In this document: one piece after another, positions 1 to 14,473 of the stretch
Position numbering within the stretch: position 1 is the stretch's first letter
How the letters are laid out: each line of letters starts with the position of its first letter
Source of the DNA: Trichoplax adhaerens
Taxonomy: Eukaryota; Animalia; Placozoa
Direction of reading: 5' to 3'
NCBI RefSeq assembly: GCF_000150275.1
Contig: NW_002060945.1
Location: 7,755,684 to 7,819,683, forward strand
Length of the DNA stretch: 64,000 nucleotides
The notes under the pieces: model-generated
What the model was told of the DNA's origin: nothing
Database searches by the model: none
The model's input: only the letters and a program-made list of their open reading frames with translations
Position numbers and translations under genes: made by a program

Positions 1-514
1 AAACTTGTTGCCTAATCGCTAATGCTTTCTGAAACATGGACAGACTCGTGTCGAATTTGGATAAATTCAAATAGATTTCTCCCAAGCCGCTGTAACTGTC
101 AGCAATATCAGGGCTAATTTCGCTGATTTTCTCTAATTTTAACTCTAATGATCTCTTGTAATCAACTAATGCTTCATCATACATCTTTTTTGCTATCTTA
201 ATAGCGCCTTGATTATCTAAACACTTTGCTAATTGCACTTGATCACCTATAAGTCTGGCTGCTTCTTCTGCTTGATTACAATATTCTTCAGCTTTCGTCA
301 AATCACGCTGCTCTAGAAAATTAATGGAAATACGTAGACAAAGGTCGCTTTCAAGCCGATTACCTTTTGCACCACGATTTTTAATAGTTTTTAAAACCTC
401 TAGTGCTTGGTTATAGTGCCATCCAGCTCCTTCAAAATAACCGCATTGATAATTTAGTTGAGCCTTTTTAGTTAAAGATTCAATTCCTCTCATTCGGCAC
501 CAGTTTAAACCCAT
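1..514 (-). CDS. TPR-repeat protein (KLC/NPHP3-type TPR), 5' part; runs off the window start
   Basis: Open frame from ATG at 514: MGLNWCRMRGIESLTKK...QLAKCLDNQGAIK...YDEALVDYKRSLELKLEKISEISPDIADSYSGLGEIY...SMFQKALAIRQQV. Its N-terminal layout matches the 4355-4954 ORF. Confidence 0.85.
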   Translation of the reverse strand, partial: MGLNWCRMRGIESLTKKAQLNYQCGYFEGAGWHYNQALEVLKTIKNRGAKGNRLESDLCLRISINFLEQRDLTKAEEYCNQAEEAARLIGDQVQLAKCLDNQGAIKIAKKMYDEALVDYKRSLELKLEKISEISPDIADSYSGLGEIYLNLSKFDTSLSMFQKALAIRQQV

Positions 515-3231
515 CCTTGTTGTTATAGCTACGTATTTTAAGCTAATTTGAATATCAAAATATCTTTAGGTAGTTGTAGTCAAGGAGAGAAATTCTTTTT
601 GACGGACGATATCTAATAAAAGCCTGCAAAATTTCCAAGCCAAGCCAATATCATCGATACAGCCGTTAAGATTGTTGCAAACTTGCTTCAAACCTTCTTC
701 TAAAATCGAAGATATTTCTCATCCCATGCGGTTGGGCAAACTTTTGTATAGATTCTCATGGATCTATTTTGGATTATCCTGACGTCATAGAACTAAATGA
801 TACAAAGTAGCTATTTCTTATTGTAAATATGTTACTCTATTTAATATTAAATTCTATATGTATATCTATATATATATATACTCATATACGCCCATTAACT
901 GGATACAGCTTGTACTTTTAATATCAGTAGATCTCTTCTAATTTATGCAAACTTATTCACCATACTATCGTGTGGAATAACAATGAACAGTAAATGTCAT
1001 CACCATAAGAAACTGCCAGACGCGTAAAGTTATTGCTGTTTGTAATGGGTAACTTAGTCTTGGATAGTAGACTATTACTGTTGGCCATATTTTAGTATGA
1101 TATACGGTATAACAGCTTTCTATAGTTATTATAAGCCTTATTTAGTAGCTCATAACCATAGACTGTAATTAAAGATTCTATGTTAGGATTCAAACTATAT
1201 GCAGTAAGGTGCTGAGTCACAATTGATGCTGCAAGTAAAAATAGATATGTAATTCAAATCCGATCACGAAAATTCCAAAGTTGGAGAAAATTAGAACTTT
1301 ATTAGATCTAATAAAAAGACTAGCTACACACAGCTCTACTCTAGCCGAATACGATTGATGAAAAGCTTCTAGAAAAAACAATCTTATAATCTAAAGTCTA
1401 GTTTCAAGAACAATCTTTAAGGAGAAATTCAACATTTCTACTTGCATTAGTATCAGTAACTACATTAACAGCAAAATACACATGGAGGACTTTCATCCAC
1501 TTGATATTCTCCCTATTTTTATACAATATTTTATACGGAAGTAAATGTCACTAAAAAAGCGGCTCGAAACTTATTATTGAGTTTTATTCATAATTTTTTT
1601 ACCTGTACATTACAGAAAACTAGCTATACTCGTAATTTAACATTTGTAATTAGCATTCCTCTGTTTTAATACCTCATATTAATGCCGCATTAACTAACGG
1701 AAAATGTCAATTTCATTTCGATACAATCCTTGCCAAATGTAGGTGGTAGCAAAATGTCATTTTATTCTATAGAGTGAATCAACTTTGTTCGTCACAATGA
1801 TATTAAAACGATGTTTGAGAATGATATTTTGCAATATCAGATACTGTAATAAATAAAACTCGCCACATAAGAAAATCCTGATCATTCATGGGATGCAATT
1901 GATGATAGAATAGCATGATTATACTGCGCTAAAATGGAGCCAATCGCAAGTGTTTTCCTATACTGGCTTAATTCTACTACAATTATGAATCAAATCGCTG
2001 TTCGTAACTGGCTGGCATTAAAATAGAGCTTAAAAATTGAATATTGACCCAAATCAAAATATAATAATATCGATTAACTTGATTACGACTTACTCATAAG
2101 CTAATTCGAAGAAAGATGATCGTCTCATAGCCATGCCAGTACTTGATATAAATCCAAACTAAATTAAAAGTCTCTTATGTATCACATAACTTTAAGCACT
2201 TCAGAGATTGGATTGTTAAGATGCAAGTTAAACAGTACTAAGAACATGTTATTATCCTTAATTAAGTATATATTATCTTTACTTTGAAACTCATGATATC
2301 CGTGGGTTAAAGAAAGTGCAAGGTTGACTATTCTTAGTTACTTTAAACTATATAACAGCACATTCAATCCAAGATTAATATTCTAGTGTAAGACTTAATT
2401 AGTTTTAATGTATTTGATCTTCGGCTGGCCAAGGATTGATCGATATAGTCTTGTTGTTTTTTAAGGTCTATGGTCCAATCAATAATAATATAATATAAGA
2501 TTATAATGTATCATTAGAAATAGAATATATAAAGTAATAGCGTAATGCCTTGACTTGAAAGTGTCATCAGAAAATATAGCATTAGCTAGCTTATACGCTT
2601 CTCATAATCCTGTAAGAGTATTCCTAAATTGTAGCTTGAGCTGATTTAACCAAAAACTGGGGCTCCAAGTAATAAGATTTATACTTGCAAGAACTTACTT
2701 ATGCTCTTAAGAACCTGCATTGGCATATCTAACTATGCTCCAGTACATAAGATATCATTTAAGCATGTGGGTAAATAATAAAATTATAATAAATTTTCAT
2801 CTTTCCTTCCTTTTCAATTTTCTCCGCATCGCTCTTCTCATCGTCAATGTCTGGTTATTAAAATCATACAACACTTTTTTAGCACATCAATAAACAAAAT
2901 GTGCGATGCATCTGGTCTTGATGATAACTATTTATAGGATTAAGTATATATCTGTAGAGCCGCGTAAATTTTAACATTCCTCCAGTATTAAATAATTAAA
3001 TAACACTCTAGTTACAAGTACTTGGTACTATAGAAAATAATAGTAATTCTAGCAAATTGATCAAATCCAAGTGAAGTGAAGTGAAGTAAGCAAGATCTTA
3101 CTATATCACTATTAACCAAAAACTTTTCAAAATAACCAACCTGGCAGAATGAACTTTATATGTATATCGATAAGAGCCAATTCGGTTGATATGATAGTAG
3201 TATGCCAACAATACTATTCAAAACTGATAAT

Positions 3232-5021
3232 TCACATGAGTAATGATGCATAGACGTCGGCAATATGTTCATAGACTACAGCAATTTCTAAATGATGTGA
3301 TTCTAATTTTTCTGATCTAATATTAAGACATGTATCATGCATCATTAAGGCATTATTATACTTTGATTGTTTGCAATAGATAGTTCCAATATCGTCGTAT
3401 ACACTAGCTATTTTTAGATGCTTGTTATCAGGTAATAATTGTAATCAAATATCTAGGTATTTCTGATACATTTTAAAGGCATCATCGTAGTTACATTGTA
3501 CTTTATATATTGTACCTATAAACTCGTAGGCTAGCACAATTTGTAAATGTGTCTCGCCTAACTTTTTAACCTAACAGTTAATGACTTTTGTAACATAGAT
3601 AGAGCATCATCGTATCTAGAGATTTTATCATATGTTTCTCCTTTATCATAATAGGAGTAACCGAGAAGAATATGTTCCTTTCCTAATCATTCCAGTCTCA
3701 AGTCTAGCGCTTTGTAAAACAACTTCATAGCAACATCTTAGCGACCTAAATAGGAATAACTTTCTGCAGCGCTCTCATATGCAGTGGTATTATAAAACGG
3801 AAGAAGATCTTCAAAAATATCTAATCTAATAGCGAGAGCTTCAGCATACATGAAAGAACTATCTTCCTCTTTTAATTGATAGCGGTAAACATCTCCAATT
3901 TGATGATGCGATACAGAAACCGAGTATTGATTGGTAACTGGCCTTGTCATTTTAATCATTAATACTTTACGGAACATCGCCTTAGCATCTTCGTGCTTTC
4001 CAAGTTTGTAATAGCTTTCTCCAAGATATTCATAGATATTAATTAATGGCTGTCCAGTCATCATCATCAAGTTTCAAGCTTTGTGATATAATATTAAGCA
4101 ATTTCTGATGCATTTCGATCGCTTCATCATATCGTCCGAGGTGATTATATAAATGCCCAATACTATTAATAGTACTAGCGATTGGATATGATGATCGCCT
4201 AGTATATCTAATCGAATCTCGAAAGCCTTGTTATACATTGTGATACCATCTTCATATCGATGTATATGGTGACAATTATCAGCAAATTCATCATATAAAT
4301 CAGCAATCTGCAAATGATGATGGCCCATTTTGCTAATTTAATATCTAAACATTTCTAAAGCATAATCATCGCTTCTTCATGCCGATCGTCACTACAACGG
4401 ATCGCAGCTATCTGTTGAAATGTATTGGCAACTTTAATGGTTGCATTGGTGAGATTTTCCTCAATAATACCACGAATTTGTAAAGATTTTCCATACGTTG
4501 CTATAGCTTCATCACGATTGCCTTGACGATAGTAAACATTTGCTATGTTATCATATACTAGGGCAATGTCTTCATTATCATTGCCCAATAGTTCCTTTAA
4601 CTGCTTTAATGACTCGTTATAATCGTTGAGTGCTTCATCATAATCTTCTAACTTTTTGTTGTATCCTTTGCTTGCTAAGCATTTAGCTAATCGAATTTTA
4701 TCATTTATCCTTTTAATGCTATGTTCAGCTAGTTGACAATATTGTTTATTTTGTGTAATTTGATCTTGGTTCCCATATACAGCTGATAGATCACGATAAA
4801 TATCGTATTTGAATTCATCACGTTGATTATAATTCATTTTGGTAATTTTATCGGCCATATCAATAGCTGGTAAATAGTGGCTTTCTGTTTGTGAATTGTT
4901 TCCATCTTGACAGCAATCGAGACCTTCTTTCCATAAAAAATTGTACTGGATCAATGATAGATTGGTTTGGATGTGATGATGATGAATTATTATTGAGGTT
5001 GTGCTGATTCATGCTAGGCAT
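3232..5021 (-). pseudogene. Disrupted TPR-repeat gene
   Basis: TPR repeats continue across ORFs 4355-4954, 4074-4328 and 3738-4070 and down to about 3232. They are broken by in-frame stops (TAG 4355, TAA 3738, TGA about 3446) and by frameshifts, e.g. between 4354 and 4328, with no intron-sized gaps. Confidence 0.85.
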
Positions 5022-6064
5022 TGGCGTAACAATTTTTGCTACTAGTACGTATAGCAAGGTATTAGTGACAAGGATTCTTGTTAGCGTTTAAGAAGATTCT
5101 ATATTGGGAATTTAATGATTAAAAAAAATGTTCGTTTTACCGTTTTATTTGTTGCAACAATCTGCTTGAAAAAGTTTTCCTATGCTACTCCATGGACTAC
5201 TCAATGGGCTACTAAATAGTAGTCCGTGGCTAGTCCAATACTCTTCGTCAATGTATAATTCTCTAAGGTGCATGATTAATATCATTTCTAGCAATTTGAA
5301 GTTAGATTGCGATGTAGAATAGGTAGTACTGTACGAACGTAAATGCATTTAGCAAAGGCTATGTTGCAAACTCATGTACCTCAATTCGATATGTCAAAGG
5401 TTTAGAATTAAGGCTGTCGACTACTGCTGCACTGTACTTACAAGTTGGCTGCAGGCTTATCCTTGAATGTTTTTGCTCGTCACGGTAAAGGCTCAATACA
5501 GGATTGCCTGTGTCAAGGCACACTAGAAACTGGTTGGACTTTTTGGCAATGGCGATCTTCCATCACGCTGCATCGCAACACTAGCGAAATCAATGACTAC
5601 ACATGGGCTACCAGCAGTACTGCAATCAACCTGGAAATAACATCTAGACGGATAGACTTTTCTATTGCAAATGCGGGCGAAAAATGTAGAAAAACTTCAA
5701 TTTGACTACTATCCAGTTCCAGTATGGATCTTCTACGTCTGCTTTTTAAATTACTTCTACTCATTAGAAACATAAACGAAGTTCTAGAACTGCTTTCAAG
5801 CAGAACTTGATCCAATAAAATAGGATTCAATGGAATATTACTTCGTTTAGAAAAAAATAGACCAGTGACACAATCGAGCAACTGCTGAAGGACGTTATAA
5901 CGAATAGAAGTGTAGGCAACAGTATTGAATTCTAATCAATCTATAGACTAGGTTGATTCGGTTTTGACTGCTAAGTTCTTACATGAAATGAGCTATATGT
6001 ATATTATATTATGACTATCAATATCTTAGTGTACGCGTACATAAATACTGTAGATTAATAATAA

Positions 6065-6960
6065 GTTTTTCCTATCTTTTCTAAGTAATCTCAAAATCCA
6101 AGCTCACTGCCAGTAATATAGAATACCGGAGGGTTAGCATTGATCAAGTTAGTCGATACGATGATCTTGCAGTAACTTGACGATAGAATATTGATCATGA
6201 ATCAGTGAGTCTTGCTAAGTTAGCAATAGCAATGGAGAACTAAACGATTAACTGCTGCACACTGCGTATTGACAACAAGTTATGTTGTCAAAGTTAGGAT
6301 AATCAGTAGAGTAGCCTTTCATTCAGTAAATTGGAACTTTACTCGCATATTGGAAGAGCTAGATGAAAATCCTATTTTGATCACTTGTTTATCCGATATC
6401 TTACATAGATTAAGTACAGTTTTTCTATCCTTGCTAAGTAAGAAATATTTAAATCCTAAGCTCACTACCAATAGAATAAATATATACAGCCTATCGAAAA
6501 TATAGAGCTTAGTATTGATCAGTCGATACGATGATCAAGCAGCAACTTAATAACATTATATTAAAAATAAATCATTGCTAAGTTAGCAATAGCCATTAAG
6601 GGTGAAACTGTTCAAGACTGCGTATTGGCAGCATGTTATATTGCAAAAGTTAGAATATTCAGTACGGTAGTCTTTAATTCAGTAAATGGAATTTTACTTG
6701 TGTATTAACAACAAGTTATATTACAAAAGTTAGAATATTCAGTACGGTAGTCTTTAATTCAATAAATTAGAGCTTTACTTGCGTATTAGAAGGACTAAAT
6801 GAAAATTATTTTTTGACAACTTGTTCATCAAATATCTTACCTAGATTAAGAATTATTTTTCTATCCATACTAAGTATCAAATACTCAAAATCCATGGTCA
6901 TCACCAATAAAATATATACAGCTTATTAAAAGTAGAAATAGAAGGAGTAACATTGATCAA
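6065..6960. repeat. Degenerate tandem repeat, about 2.5 units of 350-430 bp, with an internal duplication of about 75 bp
   Basis: Recurrent 'ctatc..ctaagta...aaatcc.agctcact.cca' (about 6072, 6425, 6861) and 'agtcgatacgatgatc' (6151, 6521). 'gttatatt.caaaagttagaatattcagtacggtagtctttaattca' occurs at about 6635 and about 6715. Confidence 0.75.
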
Positions 6961-6968
6961 TTTTATCT

Positions 6969-9900
6969 TCAATTTGAAGTCGATTTTTCTTCGGCGATTG
7001 CATCTGCAAGGATATCGGCTATATCTTGTCGATTAATTTGTCGTAGTGCTTGTATAAGTCGCTCTGTAGTTGCACGATTATTTTGTTTCCATTTATACAG
7101 TACGGCAATAGCTCTGTTATATACACCTTGATAATCAGCTTCAATTTCATAAATATTGATATGATGGTCTAATTTGGGAGCTAATTTTGTCCAATCTCGA
7201 TGAATTCGCGACGCTATTTCATAAAAGAAACGACTAGGATCTATTCGGATATTAGAACAGATGAAATGAATTTTACATAGTTATAACTTTTATCATTATG
7301 TTAATATTAATACTGATTTTGAAGTGCCAAGTTCTGCATATCAAATACATTTCTTTATCATGTAATATTAAATATTAGATTAAATAGTTGATCATTTGGA
7401 GAAACATGGATGAAAGAAAGAGATAGAAAGAAGCAATAATAAAACTAAATACAGGCAGCTAAAAGCGTTAAGTGTGTCGTTAAAACTTTTAAGATTATAA
7501 TTCAAACTTGCAATACTCTAAGCTAGTTTCTCTACTAGTGCTCACAATTTTTAATCATTATATTTGTAAAATTACCATCCGGTGATGCTGGATGATCTTT
7601 AGTGGGTAGAACAGGTAGCTTTTCTGGATCAGACTGCTTTGATGGGTTGGGCTGCCAAACATGACAAACTTTACTTAGTAAATTAAATAGAGTCTATATA
7701 CTTCACAACTTCAAGATTAATTATAGATGTTGTTCATTTACCTCGTTGGAATTTGCTCTCATCAAGAAACAAACCTTTGCATTAGTGTCTTGCTGCTGGC
7801 CTATAGGCTTTAGAAAGATTTGAGCTATATCATGAGCTGCTTTATTGATAACCTTGCAAACGTAATCGATAGCATGATAGCTATATCGATTCCAATTGAT
7901 AGAAATTGCCTGATTATTGAAATCAGTATCCAGACAATCTAAACCTCGTTTCTTAAATTTAGCTGTGTATTGACCATTTTCTAGAATAGTATTTTCAAGT
8001 CCAGTCGTAGCTAAACGTATCCTGATAAATGCCTGATCAATTCCTGACACGATAGCAGTTTCATCTTCATCTTTTTTAGCTAAGATTAATTTCATATGGA
8101 CAGTATCATCACTTGTGTCTATTTCGGATAGGAAAGCTAACGTATTAATTCGTTGCTGACAAGATGGAAAGATATGCTTGGAGATTAAATAAATGGTAGA
8201 TTTGACGTAGGAATAGATGACATAGTCAGAGAAATGGCTTACTGCAAAAGTAAGGCAATAATATCCATTTTTATCGCGGCTATATTCATACTCTACATCT
8301 TGCTGTTCCCACTTCTCACATCCATAGCTTCGACAAACGATTTTTATTGGGATATTAAAGTTGTTGTTTTTCTTAAGAAGTGAAACTATCTGGTTGATAT
8401 ATGGAACGGGGACTTGAAGTAAAGCTTTCCTTGTGCTATTAGGGGTAAATTGATACCCATCCGGCTCGAGGCGAACGATTGGTGATAACTGGATAAAGTG
8501 GTTACCATCAGCATCTTTCTGAATTGGTAAACCTTGATTATAAGGTGGATCTGCATAGTATACAGTCATGGTTAGGACGGCCTCGTCGGCTATACACTGA
8601 GCTGGAAGATGAAATTTTAATCCAGGTACTCCAGGCAAGGTTAAATCATGATCTTGATTAACTTGACAGTTATTCGATACCTTAGGATAGCCAGCTTTGG
8701 CTGTTGCGATAGTTGACGTTATATAAGAATAGAAATGAAATTGATGATTTAGAAAGTACTGTCAATGGCAAGAAATGTTCTCCTATGCCTGCGTTTCTTC
8801 TAGTTAAAAGTACTCTTCGATTTCAATGCACTAATAAATAGAATAGCTCTGTTATTACATAATGAGACTATAATTTAGAGAGGAAAGGTTGCGGATAGAA
8901 AGATACTGTCGAAAACTGCTCTCCTATCTCTTATGAAAACAAAATTAACCTGGATTCATTCCTGGAAATAAATGGCATTTCGCTGGATTCTTTTTTATTT
9001 TTCCTGATCTAAGATTATTATCTGGCTCAAAAATAATAGAAGAACATAAATAACAACAACATGTTCAGCCATTCACTTTTCTTATATTAAAGCAGCTGTT
9101 GTCTACTTGAATAGCTAATCCCATTCGCATTTACTTAACGCAACAGCATTATACGTATTTCCTTAATTTCTTAATATTGATTATTGGTCGTAGGTGTTTT
9201 AGTTAATAAATTGCTTACTCTTGTTCTTCCTGTTTCCGATGTTCTCGGTCAAGTGAGAATTAGAGCTCTTACCACCTGAAACAGTTCAATGTCAAAACAA
9301 TTTGCAATGCATCATTTATCATAAACAAACTCTCTCATGTTTAAGAAGCATACACTTAAATCGGCATGAAATATACTCATAACAATATTGATGTATAACG
9401 GGGCTTTTTATCCAAAAGTATTTCAAGCTCCGGTTTATAAACTGAGCCGGTAATGGTAACTATGACAAAGTCTAGCATAGCAAAACTACGATAATTATGG
9501 GTGTAAGTTCTATACAATTCTAAATCCTTTTTTAAATGCTAATTTATAGATTGAGTTGGTAATGATAGCTACGACAAGTCTAGCATAGAAAAACTGCGAT
9601 AATTATAATCATTAATTTAAGTTCTGTGCAATTGTTCCTGCTGCTATCATTTCAAGTACAATGAAGCAAGGAACTTTAATAATTAAACTTTTCAGAATTA
9701 AATATTACCTGTTGGAGAGGATCTCATTATGATACCTTTCTCTATCGACAATCCAGCAGATTGGTTAGGAGCTGCTGATATAAAATTAATGTAATCAGAA
9801 TAAGAGATTGGTATAAATATAATGTTATAGTAATAATAGATATTCAATCCAAGTTCAGTAGCCTCAATTCTCTGTTACTATACGCGTATTACTCAGTTAT

Positions 9901-12064
9901 AGAATAGTCCCAAACTAAATTCAAATCAGCAACTATATAATGCGCGATGCACCATTCTCTTTCTCTATCTTATACGAACAGTAATTAACTAATAGCCTAG
10001 TATTTATTGCAACCTTAGCCTATCAGATTTAGGATAAAGTTAGTTTAAGAATGGTGAGGATTAGAAAATTAATAGAATCGTAGATAATTAGGGTTTGCAC
10101 TATGAATGGTAGCCTTTAGTGACTTCAATCCGAAGGAGCTTTGCTTCTAATCATACCAATCAAATATTTACTAATTATAAGTTTACTTTCTCGCCATTAT
10201 TCACTTAGAGGTATACGAGCCTGATCATATGCTCATGATGTTAATCGATTCATGATTAGCCTTGATCTAGTAGCATCATCGTTTTTAACATGATATTATC
10301 ACTTTCTAATCGTATTTGCTAGGATAGATCATAAAACAGCCATAGCCTTACCGCTATGATTTGAAAGTAAGCCAGAAGAAGGTGCAGCAGGCGGCTTAGA
10401 AACGCTTTGACTTTGCATCTTTCGTTGATTACTTTTCTTTGAACTTGATGTTGAAGTAGCACCAAAAGTGTATGCATCGATAGAAAGATTTTTAGTTTGA
10501 GTAATCAACATTGATAATGATTTAGGCTTGTGTCACAAAACAGCTTTGCAACAAGATAACGTAATCTACGATCAATAAGTCAATTCCTTGAACTACGTAT
10601 CAAGGAACGATATCTGCACTATCACGAGCACTTTTGCTCTACTAGCAGACTACACAAAGACTTAAACGCCTCGTATTTTACGTTAAACACTAAGTTGGAC
10701 AATTCTTCTTTATTTCACGATATACTGCATTTATATACTATTCCTCAATAGTTCATGAGTCATAGTTAATACAATTAACATTAGAATCATTTACTGAATT
10801 AGATATTAATTTTAGCTACTGCTCTCTTAATGCAGACAACAGTATTTACGAACATAGACATGTAATAACTAATACAGAATAGTCAGATTACGATATGTCC
10901 TATCACGGAACATTTCCATGATAATTTACAGTCTATCATAAGTAAATTACAATCACAATGATTCGAACTGTAAGCAGATGATTTGCATTCCCTATTATAA
11001 CTATTATAATTTCAGTATGTGTATAAGTGTCACTGTCATAAAAAGTCAGTGCTATATTAAAATACAGTATATCCAAATTAGAAGTTAACTAAATAAGGAT
11101 AGTCTAACAGAATTATCCTAACATAGTTATTTCTACTGTAATACAGTATTTAACACTGTAACAGCTTGGTAGTTACTTTTCCCAGACTACTGTTTGTGCT
11201 ACCAGAAGCTTTCATGGAACTTTCCGCATTACCTCTATGTCTACTCATTTTATATCGTTTATGTTCTCTACTTGAGCTGAAGAATGACTTAATCATTTCC
11301 ATCATTTGCCTTTCCTTATTAGGTTTAAGTTGATAGTTATTTTCCGTCTCCTGTAAATATTCTGAATCATGGATAGACCCTTTAATCGATTCTTTATAGT
11401 ATCTTTCATTACTCGCTGTGGCTATGTAGGTGTGTGCTTTACTAGACCAGGTGTCAAGAGTTTCCTCATCACTACTCAATTGCTCTTGGTGATACGATGT
11501 AGATCCCTTAAGCACATCAAGTTGAATATGGCTGGCTTGATCCATTAGAGATTGTTGTGATTCCTCACTATCATCACTACTCTCCGATCCATGGATACCT
11601 TCTGCTTCGGTAATGTCAGATTTAGCCACATTACCACTTATTACAGGAGGTATGCTTTCCCTATGATTCCATTCTTGCTCAATATCACTTTCTACCTTAT
11701 TCGATAGAGTAGATTGAGGAGAGTTATAGAAATCCGTATTTAATAAGACTGACTTATCGTTGCTGCTGCTATCCCGCTCTTCATCAGTTTCTTTTCTAGG
11801 TCTCTCTGAGTGAAAGTCGCCAACAGGGATATTTGTATAATCTCTATCGTTTTTTTCCTTATTATCCTCTTTCATCTTGGTAAAATCTGATCGAGTATTG
11901 ACCTGATCATCCATCATCCCTCTCTTATCGCCACCTTTTGCCTTGACTAAACCAAAACGAGCATTGCTTGCATCGTCGATTACAATTTGAGAATCTTCTC
12001 GTTCTCTGGAGATAAACTCAGTTAAATCTTCCGATGGCAGAAGAAAATCCCTATGTCGTTCCAT
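6969..12064 (-). CDS. ZU5-UPA-death domain protein (PIDD/UNC5CL-like) with a long acidic low-complexity N-terminus
   Basis: Phase-consistent exons: 12064-11177, 10526-10352, 9774-9709, 9275-9219, 9021-8950, 8700-7742, 7651-7576, 7240-6969. ZU5-like segment '...QLSPIVRLEPDGYQF...LLQVPVP...FAVSHFS'. The last exon is a clear death domain: FFYEIASRIHRDWTKLAPKL...EIEADYQGVYNRAIAVLYKWKQNNRATTERLIQALRQINRQDIADIL. The 5' exons are less certain than the 3' ones, and the UPA assignment is by position. Confidence 0.8.
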
Positions 12065-13159
12065 ATTAATCCAAATGCTGTAACGACATTCGTTTCTTGG
12101 ATCCGAATAATGTGATATCAAGACACCATTTAAAAGTGGAGAACAAATGGTATAAAATTAGATGAAACAAACAAGTCGTGTTCAGCATGGATAATAAGAA
12201 GTGTTTTGATACCTTTTCCCGATTATAGTCTTCACTGAAAGATTTAATTATTATTATTACAGCCTAGATCTCTATTATTTTGCTTTCCTTAGTTGTGTTA
12301 AAATAGATATTGTCATGGAAATTACCCTATGATCATATAAACAATGGCTTACACTTGCAATATAGTATACGTTGTCTACTTAACAATTAACCCGGTTAAT
12401 TGATGACTAAAAATGATGAAATCTTGGTAAAGGACTGTAAATATTGCGAAGAATGCCAGATTGTGAGCGGTTAGCCCTCATCTTTATGGACCAAATTAAC
12501 CTACTAGTTAACATGGGAAATGGTCTATAGGATCATTCAAACTAGCGGAAACTGAATTATCAACACGTCTTATTGTCATATAAGAAGCAGATATTCTAAT
12601 AGCGATCCAGTGATGATTTTGTCATAATAGTATCCATTTAGTCATATAATTACTGATCAAATTGTATAGTTGAAATTGAAGGGGCAACGTTTACAGTATG
12701 AATTAAGATAATGTTAGTTACATAGCCTATTGAAAACTATCAAATGGTCCCAGACCTATTAATTTATATATAGATTAAAATAATTAATATCCACAAAGCC
12801 TTATGATTGCTTCCCTTTAGCTGGTGATTAATTAATGATCAGATCATAGTTAAAAATTAGATGCATTGACAGGTAATAGTACTGAAATAACTGGCAGGAA
12901 AAGAGACGTTGCAAAAGCTAGAGATAGGCAATGCAAACTAGTGAGTAAATAGGCTTAAAAGCAGACCAATATTGTCACCATTGTTACCTCAGCTCAAAGT
13001 ATCATAAAAGGTTACATTCAAGTTTACTATATGTAGATAGATGCTATGTATAGGCATAAGTTAGGTACAAAACGGAATATGATCATGAGCGTAATTGTCA
13101 ATTATCTAGGGAATTTCCGAATAAATCGCTCGTATAGCAGCTACCGTGACAGATTACAG

Positions 13160-13420
13160 CAGTGTTTAGATTTCACCATTCCTGTCGTTTACAAATATGT
13201 ACTGTGCTATAGCTTTGAATTTATGGAGATATATTTAAATGACCAATCTTTCATGCATTCTGTGGATTAAATTAGGATATATGTTCAATTAGTTCTATCA
13301 TTAAATTACTCATATGACTACTAACAGATTAAAGCAGTTCTTTCATTTCACCAGTCCTGTCGTTTATTATTATATACTGAACTATAGCTTTGATTTTATG
13401 GAGATATATTAAATGACCAA
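13160..13420. repeat. Direct duplication of about 100 bp
   Basis: 'cagatta.agcagt...atttcacca.tcctgtcgttta...ctatagctttga.tttatggagatatatt.aaatgaccaat' at about 13150-13246 and about 13325-13420. Confidence 0.7.
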
Positions 13421-14473
13421 TTCGAAATCATATCCACTTTATAAAGAAAAATGAGAGAAAAGGTTTGTCATACATTTAGTAGTTTGAATTAGAGTATACG
13501 AGTAACATTTAATTATGCCCTTCTTTTACATAAAAGTCCTACTATCAGTGAAGGAAATGAATGTTTTCTCAAGTAATTTTGACATCAAATACAATTTATT
13601 AATACATCCAAGGCGTTAGCTATTGGAATGATAAGGATCTGCAAAGTATTACATGCATTACTAGATACAGAGGTAGGGAGAAATTCTGACCACAAGGGTA
13701 TGAAATTAGCAATTGTAATTATTTCCTATATAAGCGTAAAATATTTTCGGCGAAACCTTAAATCGAAAGAACTTATATTTTAACTTTAGAATATTGGAAT
13801 GCATAGAATTAATTACATTCATAGATCTGTATGGCAAATAATGTTATACTCTGAATATAATACGATTATGATACTGTTTAATCTAATATAAAGTGGATGA
13901 GTAATCACAGTATCTCGATATTATTTTATGTGAACCAATAGAACATTGATCATTTACTAACATATCGCAATCAGTTTATTTCGGAATAATTTTTCCAGTT
14001 AAGGTCTGCTATCGATCTATGGACATAAAGGGGCTTAAACAATATTAAGGTAAGTTGTAAATGGGTTAATGGTCTCAACATTCAATAGAAATTAACATCT
14101 ACTTATAATTATCCACAACCAATACATTAAGAAAGTAACAGTAAAAGCACGCTTTACTATTAGCTTATACTGAAGGCATTTGAAATAGGCGACAGAAAGA
14201 TTGGAGTAATATTAACCAATGTACGAATGGGTTGACAGTCTCAATAGAGAGTAAAAATTGATATCACCTTATAAAACGAATGCAACGTCAATCAACTTAT
14301 ATCTATCCCACAGACAATTTTATTTAGAAAATATCCATCACATTAAGAACTCGCTATCAATCTGTACTAATAGGCAGCAAACTGATCGAAGTAATATTAA
14401 GCTAAGAGAAAAGCGAACGAAGAATCTAAACGGTGAAAATTAGAATTAATTTAAAAAATTGCATGGTTCATAG

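Noticed and set aside
5445-5881. Overlapping short ORFs 5445-5705 (+) and 5597-5881 (-) with a nearby minus-strand donor
   Set aside because: No recognisable domain, and the frames leading to the donor contain stops. Possibly UTR or a decayed exon.
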